Shown here in pieces: positions 11,106-20,370 of a stretch of 64,000 nt of DNA. Source of the stretch: an uncultured bacterium (GTDB taxonomy: Bacteria > JAGOEH01). Under the pieces are notes generated by a model. The model saw only the letters and a program-made list of their open reading frames with translations. It was not told where the DNA came from and did no database searches. Positions within the stretch are counted from its first letter, which is position 1, and each line of letters opens with the position of its first letter. The stretch covers positions 1 to 64,000 of the forward strand of contig CAZWDO010000012.1 in the NCBI GenBank assembly GCA_964632485.1. Reading direction: 5' to 3'. The position numbers and the translations under genes were made by a program.

Positions 11106-11888
11106 TGAAAATATCAATTAAAAATCGGGATCAAATTTTAGGAATCCGTAAAGCGTCACGCCTTGTGGGTGAATGCCTGAACTATCTAAAAGATTTAATT
11201 AAACCCGGCATTCCGACTGCAGAACTGGATCGATTGGGCGAAGAGTTCATTCGACGCGCAGGTGGTCGGCCGGCATTTAAAGGATTTCAGGGATATCCGG
11301 CCAGTGTTTGTATATCCCTGAATGAAGAAGTGGTACATGGAATTCCCAGCCCATTCCGAATGATCAGGTCCGGTGATTTGGTCAGCTTGGATGTGGGAGT
11401 GGAGAAGGATGGTTATTATGGCGATAGCGCGTTGAGTGTTTTTGTTGGAAATCCAACGGAAACGGTCAAACGTTTGATGGACACTACAGAGCAAGCGCTG
11501 TATCTTGGAATTGCGGCAGCAAAACATGCGCTGTGCATTGAGCTGATCCACCCCAAANNNNNNNNNNGATATCAGCGCCGCGATACAGACGCATTGCGAG
11601 AAAGCCGGATTTGCCGTCGTTCGCGACCTGGTTGGCCATGGAGTCGGCCTGGCTTTACATGAACCTCCTCAGATTCCAAATTATGGAAAACCCAATAGTG
11701 GCCCGCGTTTACTACCGGGAATGACTCTGGCGATCGAACCCATGATCAACCAGGGTAAGTGGGCCGTTGAGACTTTGAATGATGGTTGGACTGTAGTGAC
11801 CAAAGATCGCTCATTGTCTGTTCATTTTGAGCATACAATCGTTATAACCGAAACTGGAACTGAAATTCTAACCGAGATTCCAAAATAA
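11105..11888 (+). CDS. map: Type I methionine aminopeptidase, interrupted by the N gap at 11558-11567
   Basis: 5' part has VVHGIP and SLDVG..GYYGDSA; the frame from 11568 continues DISAAIQ...GHGVG..LHEPP..LAIEPM..HFEHT to TAA at 11888. Confidence 0.95.
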
Positions 11889-11902
11889 GGAGCAAGCATT
11901 CT

Positions 11903-12121
11903 GTGCCAAAAGAAGCGCTGATCCAAGTTGAAGGTACGGTCATCGAACCGCTTCCCAATGCGACTTTTCGTGTGGAACTGGAAAATGGATACAAAGTATT
12001 AGCTCATGTAGCAGGAAAAATGCGCATGAACTTTATACGTATCTTGCCGGGAGATCGCGTTAAAATTGAACTTTCACCCTATGATTTAAGCAAAGGGCGA
12101 ATTATTTATCGTTATAAATAA
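11903..12121 (+). CDS. infA: Translation initiation factor IF-1
   Basis: [29 protein letters not shown]. Confidence 0.99.
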   Translation: MPKEALIQVEGTVIEPLPNATFRVELENGYKVLAHVAGKMRMNFIRILPGDRVKIELSPYDLSKGRIIYRYK

Positions 12122-12136
12122 CAAAGGCAGGATAGC

Positions 12137-12253
12137 ATGAAAGTAAGAGCAAGTGTGAAAAAAGTCTGTGAACACTGCAAAATTATTCGTCGACATGGAC
12201 GAGTATTAGTTATCTGTAAAAAGAACCCAAAGCATAAACAACGTCAGGGTTAA
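12137..12253 (+). CDS. rpmJ: 50S ribosomal protein L36, zinc-binding type (not in the ORF track)
   Basis: Hand translation gives [38 protein letters not shown]. Confidence 0.98.
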   Translation: MKVRASVKKVCEHCKIIRRHGRVLVICKKNPKHKQRQG

Positions 12254-12271
12254 AAGCACAAGGAGGACCCA

Positions 12272-12640
12272 TTGGCACGTATTGCTGGTATCGATTTACC
12301 AAAAAATAAACCCGCTTTTGTTGGGCTCACGTACATTTATGGGATAGGCCGTCAGACCGCATTGTCGATTCTGGATGAATGCCATATCCCCCAACATAAA
12401 AAAGTACAGGATTTAACAGAAGGTGAAATCAACCTGATTCGTAAAGTTATCGAAGGAAAATATGCCGTTGAAGGAGCCCTGCGATCCCAGATCAGCCTGA
12501 ATATCAAACGTCTGATGGATATCGGTTGCTATCGGGGATTGCGTCACCGTGTCGGGTTACCCTTACGTGGACAGCGTACGAAAACAAATTCGCGTACCCG
12601 TAAAGGACCGAAACGTTATTCCGTCGGCAAGAAAAAATAA
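12272..12640 (+). CDS. rpsM: 30S ribosomal protein S13
   Basis: [31 protein letters not shown]. Confidence 0.99.
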   Translation: MARIAGIDLPKNKPAFVGLTYIYGIGRQTALSILDECHIPQHKKVQDLTEGEINLIRKVIEGKYAVEGALRSQISLNIKRLMDIGCYRGLRHRVGLPLRGQRTKTNSRTRKGPKRYSVGKKK

Positions 12641-12663
12641 TAGGTTCATAAGGAGGAGTCCTA

Positions 12664-13062
12664 ATGGCAGCCCCTAAAGGCAGAAAAACCAAAAAGAAAA
12701 AAAAAGATATAAAGATTGATTCGCACGGTTGTGCGTATGTTCAATCTACTTTTAACAACACGATCATTAGTATTACCGATCAACGTGGTGGCGTGGTATC
12801 TTGGGGTTCCGGCGGTAAAGTCGGATACAAAGGTTCCCGTAAAAGCACCCCATTCAGCGCGCAACTTGCCGGTGAAGCCGCGGGTAAAGAGGCCTATAAT
12901 TTGGGTGTTCGCTCTCTGGATGTGTACGTTAAAGGCCCTGGAGCTGGGCGTGAAGCCGCAGTTCGCGCTTTGCAAAATGTAGGGTTTCGTATCCATTCGA
13001 TTCGTGACATTACCCCCATTCCTCACAATGGGTGTCGTCCCCCCAAACGCCGTCGTGTATGA
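12664..13062 (+). CDS. rpsK: 30S ribosomal protein S11
   Basis: [32 protein letters not shown]. Confidence 0.99.
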   Translation: MAAPKGRKTKKKKKDIKIDSHGCAYVQSTFNNTIISITDQRGGVVSWGSGGKVGYKGSRKSTPFSAQLAGEAAGKEAYNLGVRSLDVYVKGPGAGREAAVRALQNVGFRIHSIRDITPIPHNGCRPPKRRRV

Positions 13063-13094
13063 TCATCAATATTTGAGTTAAGGAGGCATCGCCA

Positions 13095-13724
13095 ATGGCA
13101 AGATATACTGGAGCTAATTGTAAGCTCTGTCGTCGTGAAGGACAAAAACTGTTTCTCAAAGGCGAACGGTGTTATTCCGATAAGTGCGCTTTTGGGCGAC
13201 GGCCTACTGTCCCCGGTCAGCACGGACCATCCCGTCGCCGTAAAATGTCTGAGTATAGTATTCAGTTACGCGAAAAACAAAAAGTTAAACGCAGCTATGG
13301 ATTGCTGGAACGCCAGTTCAGGAACTATTTTGTCCAAGCGCAGAAAATGCGGGGTATTACCGGCGTGAATCTGTTAATTCTGCTTGAACGAAGACTGGAT
13401 GTAGTGGTTCAGCGCATGGGTTTCGCTTCTTCTATCAAGGGCGCAAGACAACTGGTATTGCACAAACATGTTACCGTTAATAATACGGTTGTTAACATTT
13501 CATCATTCCTGGTGGATATCGGCGATAAAATTGAAGTGCGTGAACAGGATAAGCAAATGAAATGCGTTCTGTCATCAATGAAATTGAGCGCTCGTAAAAA
13601 GGATATCCCCTGGCTGGAAGTCAATAAACCACAGCTTAGTGGTACCTATGTGGCTTATCCGACTCGTGAAGAAATTCCCTTGCAAGCCAACGAACAGCTC
13701 ATTGTCGAGTTGTACTCCAAATAA
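13095..13724 (+). CDS. rpsD: 30S ribosomal protein S4
   Basis: MARYTG..CKLCRREG, QLREKQK, LIVELYSK. Confidence 0.99.
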   Translation: MARYTGANCKLCRREGQKLFLKGERCYSDKCAFGRRPTVPGQHGPSRRRKMSEYSIQLREKQKVKRSYGLLERQFRNYFVQAQKMRGITGVNLLILLERRLDVVVQRMGFASSIKGARQLVLHKHVTVNNTVVNISSFLVDIGDKIEVREQDKQMKCVLSSMKLSARKKDIPWLEVNKPQLSGTYVAYPTREEIPLQANEQLIVELYSK

Positions 13725-13750
13725 TTCCTTTGAGAGGAGTCGTTTTCGTT

Positions 13751-14770
13751 ATGAAATTAAAAGCAAGAGGTTTAATGCCAACGGTCAATTGGGATCAGTC
13801 GACATATTCGGATCGGTATGCAAAATTTACAATGGACCCCCTAGATCGTGGATTCGGGACTACCCTCGGAAATGCGTTGCGGCGGGTTTTGCTTTCCTCG
13901 ATTCCAGGAGCTGCGATTACCTCCATTCTAATCCAGGATGTTCCTCATGAATTTTCCACAGTTCCTGGTTTAAAAGAGGATGTTGTGGAATTGGTTCTCA
14001 ACATAAAGAAAATGTGGGTAAAATCTTTTTCCGATTATCCTCAAAAGCTTTTTCTGGATGTAAAAGGCCCCAAAACCATTTATGCGCGCGATTTTCTGGT
14101 AAATCCCGAGATTGAAATTTTAAATCCCGAACTACTGCTGGGAACATTGGCAGAAGATGGTTGTTTGAAGATAGAGATGGAAATCCAACAGGGTAAAGGG
14201 TATGTTCCGGCAGAAATGTTGAAGAAACCTCAGGCCCCACAAGGAACAATTTTTTTGGACGGACTTTTCTCACCGGTCAGCAACGCCGTTTACTCGGTTG
14301 AACATACTCGTGTTGAACAGGATGTGGAATTGGATAAACTTAATTTTGAGGTTTATACCGATGGTAGTATCACTCCGGATGATGCGGTTGGATATGCGGC
14401 TAAGACTTTAAAAGACCATCTGCAGCTTTTAATCAACTTCGATGAAAAGCCAAAGGAAATTATTGAAGAAGAGTTTGACGAGGAAAAAGAACATATCAAG
14501 AAAATCTTAAAGATGAGTGTAGATGAATTAGAATTGTCGGTTCGCTCCTGCAATTGCTTAAAAGCTGCAAATATTCACACTATTGGTGAGCTGGTTCAGA
14601 AAACCGAAGCCGAAATGCTGAAATACCGCAATTTCGGAAGAAAGTCGTTAACTGAATTAAATAGTATTTTGTCCGATATGGGACTCTATTTTGGAATGAA
14701 TCTAAGTAGTTATCTCGATGAAGACGAAATTGCCCAGCTCAGTTCCCCAACGATCAGTGAAGATGAATAA
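13751..14770 (+). CDS. rpoA: DNA-directed RNA polymerase subunit alpha
   Basis: RGFGTTLGNALRRVLLSS, ELELSVRSCNCL, NFGRKSL. Confidence 0.99.
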   Translation: MKLKARGLMPTVNWDQSTYSDRYAKFTMDPLDRGFGTTLGNALRRVLLSSIPGAAITSILIQDVPHEFSTVPGLKEDVVELVLNIKKMWVKSFSDYPQKLFLDVKGPKTIYARDFLVNPEIEILNPELLLGTLAEDGCLKIEMEIQQGKGYVPAEMLKKPQAPQGTIFLDGLFSPVSNAVYSVEHTRVEQDVELDKLNFEVYTDGSITPDDAVGYAAKTLKDHLQLLINFDEKPKEIIEEEFDEEKEHIKKILKMSVDELELSVRSCNCLKAANIHTIGELVQKTEAEMLKYRNFGRKSLTELNSILSDMGLYFGMNLSSYLDEDEIAQLSSPTISEDE

Positions 14771-14790
14771 TCAAAAGGTGGTTATGTAAT

Positions 14791-15384
14791 ATGAGACATC
14801 AAAAAAAAGTGCATAAAATGAACAAGCCCAAGGCGCACCGGGAGGCAATTCTCGCTAATTCCGCGGTCGCTTTGTTAACCCATGGCCAGATTCGTACGAC
14901 AACGGCCAAAGCAAAAGCGTTAAAAGAATTCGTCGATCGGTTGGTTACATTCGCTAAACGGAACGATGTGCATGCCCGCCGCATCGTTATGGCGCGATTG
15001 CGTAACAATAGTTTAGCCGTAAAAAACTGCGTTAATTTTCTTTTTGACAAAGTTGCAGGCCTTTATACGGATCGTCCCGGCGGATATACTCGGATTTACC
15101 GCGTAGGTTTCCGTAAAGGTGATAACGCTGAATTGGTTCTTTTACAAATGCTTGATTTTGAATCGATGGATTTTAAAGCATATATGCAAAAAAAGAATCC
15201 TACTGAAAAACAAGAAAAGGTAAACGCTTTACCGGCTGAAAAACCGGCGATTAAAACCGAGACTAAGATAGCTGCTCCATCAGAAGTGATAGAAAAAGAA
15301 GTAGTTAACAAAGTTCAGGATATCGATTTAGAAGCTGTTACTCCCGAGGATATGAATCCACCGGAAATTGGAACTGAGAAATAA
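14791..15384 (+). CDS. rplQ: 50S ribosomal protein L17 with a long charged C-terminal extension
   Basis: MRHQK, IRTTTAKAK, RPGGYTRI, RKGDNA. Confidence 0.97.
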   Translation: MRHQKKVHKMNKPKAHREAILANSAVALLTHGQIRTTTAKAKALKEFVDRLVTFAKRNDVHARRIVMARLRNNSLAVKNCVNFLFDKVAGLYTDRPGGYTRIYRVGFRKGDNAELVLLQMLDFESMDFKAYMQKKNPTEKQEKVNALPAEKPAIKTETKIAAPSEVIEKEVVNKVQDIDLEAVTPEDMNPPEIGTEK

Positions 15385-15416
15385 AAAAAAAGCTGGGTAT
15401 CCCAGCTTTTTTTTTT
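15383..15416. terminator. Intrinsic terminator, potentially bidirectional, ending the ribosomal superoperon
   Basis: A-tract + GCTGGG-tat-CCCAGC + T10 tract. Confidence 0.9.
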
Positions 15417-15417
15417 G

Positions 15418-15445
15418 TTGACAAAACAAAAAAAAGAATTATATT
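15418..15445 (+). promoter_or_regulatory. Putative sigma-70 promoter for the STAS-cheA operon
   Basis: TTGACA (15418-15423), 16 nt, TATATT (15440-15445). Confidence 0.6.
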
Positions 15446-15480
15446 AATTCTAGAACAACCTAATAACAAGGAGTGCACCT

Positions 15481-15837
15481 GTGAAAATTAAAGAAAAATT
15501 TATAGGCAAAATACCTTGTATTTATCTGAATGGTAATTTGATGGGCGGGGATGCGGCCGTTGAATTACAAGATAAAATCAGAGGTTTGCTAAATGATGGT
15601 TATAAGCAAATCGTTATTGATTTAAAAGATGTTAAGTGGATGAATAGTACAGGTTTAGGCGCTTTGATGGCATGTCTTACAACCGTGCGAAACAATGATG
15701 GCGATTTACGTTTGGCGAATGTTACAGATAAAATAGAATCTCTCTTGCAAATTACTAAGTTGATAACCGTTTTTCAGACCTTTGAAACCGATGAGAGAGC
15801 CGCAGTAAGTTTTGATCTAAACGCCAGCGTAAATTGA
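15481..15837 (+). CDS. STAS-domain anti-sigma factor antagonist (SpoIIAA/RsbV-like)
   Basis: IVIDLKDVKWMNSTGLGAL with the phospho-acceptor Ser motif; LQITKL; AAGGAG RBS. Confidence 0.9.
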   Translation: MKIKEKFIGKIPCIYLNGNLMGGDAAVELQDKIRGLLNDGYKQIVIDLKDVKWMNSTGLGALMACLTTVRNNDGDLRLANVTDKIESLLQITKLITVFQTFETDERAAVSFDLNASVN

Positions 15838-15852
15838 ACTGACCAAGGGGAC

Positions 15853-17808
15853 ATGATGAGTAACGGATTTGAATTAGATGAAATGAAGGAAATTATTGAT
15901 AGTTTTGTTGTAGAAGTTGCAGAACATATCGATAATTTAGATCGTAGTTTAGTAGAATTGGAAGAAAACCCTTCTGATTTAGACCTCCTAAATAAAATTT
16001 TCCGCGCTGCGCATACGATTAAAGGCGCAGCTTCATTTCTTGATTTCGATGTTATGGCTAAGGTTACTCATCACGCTGAAAGCGTCCTGGATGCTTTGCG
16101 TAAAGATAAACTGAAAGTCAATTCTGATATTATGGATGTCATCCTGGAAGCTGTTGATGTTATTAAAGTCATTTTTAATGTAATTCGCGAGACATACCAG
16201 GAAGATAAGAGTTTGGTGATAACCAACATTATCAATAAATTGGAAGGGATTTTAAAACAAACTGAAGAGCCGGGCAGCGCAACTGAAAAGAAAATTGCTC
16301 CGAGACCCATTGTCCAGACGACAGCAGCCCCACCGGCTCAAATTGTGGAAAAACCATCCGAAGTTTCTTCTGAAACAAAAACAACAGCAGTTTCCCAAAC
16401 AGTGGCGAGTGATGTGAGTATGGCTTCTTCCTCAACTCCCACTGATGATTCCGCTCAGGGGATTCAGGAAGAAACGAAGGAAACTAAAACCCGACCCCCT
16501 GTACTGGAAAAACGATCGATTGAACAGGTGCAGACGATACGGGTCGACCTGCATCGACTCGACAGTGTGTTGAATTTAGTGCAGGAATTAGTTCCGGGAC
16601 GCAACCGTCTGCTTCAAGTCAATAAAATCTTTAAAGACCGTCTTACGGAAACTTATCGACAATATGAAGATTTTTATCAAAAAAACTCTGAAATGACGAA
16701 TGAAGATAAAAGAACTCGTAAACGGTTTAGTAATGAAATTAATGACTTGTCAGAAATATATGATGAAATAACCGCTCAAATTGATTTGATTACTACAGAA
16801 CTGCAAATGGCCGTCATGAAAACCCGTATGCTTCCCATTTCCAATGTGTTTAATAAGTTTCCCCGGATGGTTCGAGACCTTTCCCGTGAATGTGGCAAAG
16901 ATATTAAGCTTGAAATTGAAGGGAAAGATACGGAGTTGGACAAATCGGTTATTGAAATTATTGGTGATCCTTTGATGCATTGTATCCGTAATTCTGTGGA
17001 CCATGGAATAGAGCTACCGAACGCCCGTGAAGCCAAAGGAAAGCCCCGCCAAGGTACGATCTTTCTGAACGCGTATCACGAGGGAAATTATATTGTCGTC
17101 CAGGTAATTGACGATGGTAAGGGATTGGATATCGAACGGATTAAGCAAAAAGCCGTGGAAAAAGGAATTTATACGTTGGATGAAATAAACGTCTTGGGTG
17201 AAAAGGATTTGACGGGATTGATCTTCCATCCTGGATTCAGTACGGCGGAGAAAATCACCAATGTATCCGGCCGAGGTGTCGGAATGGACGTGCTCAGAAG
17301 TAATATTGAACGTCTAAACGGTTTGATTGATGTTGAGACGGCAGTTGATGAAGGTACCCGGGTCTCTATTAAAATTCCGTTAACGCTGGCTATTATCCAG
17401 GCCTTGTTGGTAACGGTGGATATAGATATTTTTGCGATCCCTTTAGGGTCCGTTGTGGAGACAGTTCGAATTAGAAAAGCAGATATTAAAACGGTAAAAA
17501 ATCATCAGGTCTATCGATTGCGCGATATAATCTTACCATTATTGTCTCTGGCTGAAGTTTTTGAGTTGCCATCTGAAAAAAAGGAGAATGATGATTATAT
17601 CTATGTTGTGGTGCTTGGTATTGCTGATAAGCGGATTGGATTAGTAGTTGATAGCCTTTTGGGCCAGGAAGAAGTCGTTATCAAACCATTGGGTGATTTT
17701 TTTGATGATACTCCTGGTATTGCCGGAGCTACTATCATGGGCGATGGTCGAGTGCGGCTTATTGTGAATGTTTCTGATTTAGTAGATGTCGCTGAAAGAA
17801 AACACTGA
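15853..17808 (+). CDS. cheA: Chemotaxis histidine kinase CheA
   Basis: HPt FRAAHTIKG, dimer domain IRVD..RLD, HATPase RNSVDHGIE/DDGKG/GFST/SGRGVGMD, C-terminal CheW domain GATIMGDGRV. Confidence 0.97.
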   Translation: MMSNGFELDEMKEIIDSFVVEVAEHIDNLDRSLVELEENPSDLDLLNKIFRAAHTIKGAASFLDFDVMAKVTHHAESVLDALRKDKLKVNSDIMDVILEAVDVIKVIFNVIRETYQEDKSLVITNIINKLEGILKQTEEPGSATEKKIAPRPIVQTTAAPPAQIVEKPSEVSSETKTTAVSQTVASDVSMASSSTPTDDSAQGIQEETKETKTRPPVLEKRSIEQVQTIRVDLHRLDSVLNLVQELVPGRNRLLQVNKIFKDRLTETYRQYEDFYQKNSEMTNEDKRTRKRFSNEINDLSEIYDEITAQIDLITTELQMAVMKTRMLPISNVFNKFPRMVRDLSRECGKDIKLEIEGKDTELDKSVIEIIGDPLMHCIRNSVDHGIELPNAREAKGKPRQGTIFLNAYHEGNYIVVQVIDDGKGLDIERIKQKAVEKGIYTLDEINVLGEKDLTGLIFHPGFSTAEKITNVSGRGVGMDVLRSNIERLNGLIDVETAVDEGTRVSIKIPLTLAIIQALLVTVDIDIFAIPLGSVVETVRIRKADIKTVKNHQVYRLRDIILPLLSLAEVFELPSEKKENDDYIYVVVLGIADKRIGLVVDSLLGQEEVVIKPLGDFFDDTPGIAGATIMGDGRVRLIVNVSDLVDVAERKH

Positions 17809-17818
17809 TTTTCGATAG

Positions 17819-18964
17819 ATGCAAAAATCATATATCTACAACCTATATATAGAAATAAAAAGTTTTCTATATAATAAGCTTTCATTAAAAACAAAATTTC
17901 GTTTTTTTTTCCTAATTATTTTTTTGCTAACGACTCTATTGATATATTTTGTCAATGAACTCTCGTTTGAGGTGCGCAATGCCTCCCTGCATCTCCGGAA
18001 TCGGGTTGTTCCTTTAGCTGACACACTGATGCAACTTACTGAAACTATTGACCATTTGGAGCGATATATTGTAAAATTGCCTCAATCTCCATCATTAAAT
18101 GATAGTATCACCCAGGTAATGGGGGAACTGACGCGTTGGCAGGAGAAATTTCCGGCTCCTACGGGCATTTTTATATTATTGAAACTTAAGGTGGGGTATT
18201 TTCAAATCAAAATTTCACAGGCGGCATTAGAGGAAGAAATCTCTCTGCTCGAAACGGATCTAGCAGAAACCTGGGAGTCTGTAGCTGCTTACCGTAATTG
18301 GATTTCCAAGCAATTAACCCTTTCACATCAGCAATATATTTCAGAATTAGATCAGGTTGAACAGACTGCTGCCAGTATGGAACAATATGTTTTTCTTTTT
18401 TTTATTGTCTGGTTTGCGCTTTTTTTACTCATTAGTTCCCGTGGAACGTCCCGTCTTTTAAATCCTTTGAATGAGATCGCTGAAAAATTATCGTCAATGA
18501 AAGAGATTGGGCAGAAAATTGCTATCAATACGATCAGCGGTATTGAAATTCGCAAAATTATTCGCTATTTTAACCAGTATCAAAATCAAAGCGAAACTGT
18601 CCTCAAAGAGTACAAAGAAAAAATTAAACACCAACAGCTAAAATTTGTTGCAATCAGTGAAAAATGCCAGCAATCCATTGTTTCATTCAATCAAAAATGG
18701 GAGATCACATCCATCAATAAAAGTGCGCAACTCTTTTTTCAAAAAAAAGAGATGGAGAGTCCATACTATTTGAACCAATTAGACTATTCATTTTATACAA
18801 GCGCCCGGAAATTGATTGAAACTAATCAACTTAACCATTCTGTTGAGATTGAGTTGGAAAATCGTGGGAAAGTGGATTTGACAATTGTTCATTGTTTCCA
18901 AGGACATTATTCGGAGTATTTGGTGTTTTTCGAAAGTGAGGAGGTGTATGGCCAGGATCATTAG
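17819..18964 (+). CDS. Two-TM membrane protein with HAMP-like and PAS-like segments and no output domain
   Basis: Two hydrophobic helices flank a helical periplasmic region; NPLNEIAEKL...EIRKIIRYFN (HAMP-like); SIVSFNQKWEITSINKSAQLFF (PAS-like). Confidence 0.55.
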   Translation: MQKSYIYNLYIEIKSFLYNKLSLKTKFRFFFLIIFLLTTLLIYFVNELSFEVRNASLHLRNRVVPLADTLMQLTETIDHLERYIVKLPQSPSLNDSITQVMGELTRWQEKFPAPTGIFILLKLKVGYFQIKISQAALEEEISLLETDLAETWESVAAYRNWISKQLTLSHQQYISELDQVEQTAASMEQYVFLFFIVWFALFLLISSRGTSRLLNPLNEIAEKLSSMKEIGQKIAINTISGIEIRKIIRYFNQYQNQSETVLKEYKEKIKHQQLKFVAISEKCQQSIVSFNQKWEITSINKSAQLFFQKKEMESPYYLNQLDYSFYTSARKLIETNQLNHSVEIELENRGKVDLTIVHCFQGHYSEYLVFFESEEVYGQDH

Positions 18965-19358
18965 CCTCGATATCGGAACTAAACGGACCGGAGTCGCTTT
19001 AAGTGATCCCAGCCAGGTTTTGGCGACACCTTTAACGACGATCCATACTGCTGATGACCAGGAATTGGCGGCTTTGATTGTAAAGTTATGCTTGTTCCAT
19101 GAGGTTGAACGGATAGTAATCGGGCTTCCTTTTATGATGGATGGCCGTAAAGGCGCCCGCGCGTTAGCCGTTGAAGAGTTTGCTTGTTTTCTGGCGTCCA
19201 AGACAACCATCCCGATTGTATTATTTGATGAGCGGCAATCTACGGTTGAAGCTGAGGAAATTTTCCGTCGGTCTGGGAAAAAAAGTAGTCAATACCGAAA
19301 GAACCTGGATGAAATGGCTGCTAACATTATCTTGCAGGATTATTTAAACACACTATGA
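18948..19358 (+). CDS. ruvX: RuvX/YqgF pre-16S rRNA nuclease
   Basis: ISLDIGTKRTGVALSDP, VIGLP, DERQST, AANIILQDYL; GAGGAGG RBS. Confidence 0.95.
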   Translation: MARIISLDIGTKRTGVALSDPSQVLATPLTTIHTADDQELAALIVKLCLFHEVERIVIGLPFMMDGRKGARALAVEEFACFLASKTTIPIVLFDERQSTVEAEEIFRRSGKKSSQYRKNLDEMAANIILQDYLNTL

Positions 19359-20353
19359 AAAAAGTTGTAGCGGGTGGAATCGGTTTCCTGGTTTTGAACC
19401 TATTCTTGCTTCTGTTTTGGGTGAATCGTGAATTTCAATATAAAAATTTAGAATTAGTTTATCCTGCCAGATTAGAAATTTATTCTGGAATGAAATTGAA
19501 TGAAGTATTGCATCTACTGGCCCAAAAAAAAATAATTCGTCATGAGTGGTTATACCGCATTTATTTAAAAGTGAAACCTATCACAATTATTGCAGGCGAA
19601 TATAGTTTGGAATCGCCGCTCACAGGCTTGGGGATATTAAATTTAATGCAAAATGGCAGAGTCCAATTTGAAAAAATTACCATTGCAGAAGGTTTGCGGT
19701 TACGGGCAATATTCCAACTGTTGGCGATGAGATTGCAGATTCCTGAAGATGTTTTTTGGAATCTTGAGAAAAACATACAGGATTTTGCTAAGCCTAACGA
19801 TTTGCCCATGGAATCGTTTGAAGGATATTTATTCCCCGAAACTTATTATTTCGCTAAATATTGTACGGCAGAAACGGCGCTGAAAACAATGGTGGCGCTA
19901 TTCTGGGAAAAAATGATGCCCCTTTGGGAAAACAGGCCTTCCGATTACCCTTATACATTTCAAGAATCCCTGATTTTAGCCAGTATAATCGAGAAGGAAA
20001 CGGCCGTACCTGATGAACGGCGGTTAGTGAGTTCAGTATTCCATAATCGATTGCGAAAACGCATGCGGCTGGAGGCCTGTCCCACAGTCCAGTATTTGTT
20101 TCCAGCAAATAAACGATTGTTATATAAAGATTTGGAAACTGAATCCCCTTATAATACCTATCGCTATGAGGGATTTCCCCCAGGGCCCATCTGTTCTCCC
20201 GGCGGCGATTCTTTCGCAGCGGCATTGCATCCTGATTCCTCTGATTTTCTCTTTTTTGTCGCTACTCCTCAAGGAACTCATCTCTTTGCTAAAGATTTAA
20301 AACAACATGAAATCAATAGATATAAAACTAAACGCATGAAAAAAACTTTTTAA
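19355..20353 (+). CDS. mltG: Endolytic transglycosylase MltG
   Basis: N-terminal TM; EGYLFPETY, LASIIEKET, SVFHNRL, SPYNTY, PPGPICSPG. Confidence 0.96.
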   Translation: MKKVVAGGIGFLVLNLFLLLFWVNREFQYKNLELVYPARLEIYSGMKLNEVLHLLAQKKIIRHEWLYRIYLKVKPITIIAGEYSLESPLTGLGILNLMQNGRVQFEKITIAEGLRLRAIFQLLAMRLQIPEDVFWNLEKNIQDFAKPNDLPMESFEGYLFPETYYFAKYCTAETALKTMVALFWEKMMPLWENRPSDYPYTFQESLILASIIEKETAVPDERRLVSSVFHNRLRKRMRLEACPTVQYLFPANKRLLYKDLETESPYNTYRYEGFPPGPICSPGGDSFAAALHPDSSDFLFFVATPQGTHLFAKDLKQHEINRYKTKRMKKTF

Positions 20354-20370
20354 TATTTTAAGGAGCCCCT

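Noticed and set aside
11525-11662. Apparent truncation of map, with odd residues ([11 protein letters not shown]) before the break
   Set aside because: The break coincides with a 10-N scaffold gap, and an intact C-terminal half resumes at 11568; this is an assembly artefact, not a pseudogene
5507-13724. Cys-rich zinc motifs in L24, S14, L36, S4 and Adk
   Set aside because: These are well-known zinc-binding variants and are not unusual
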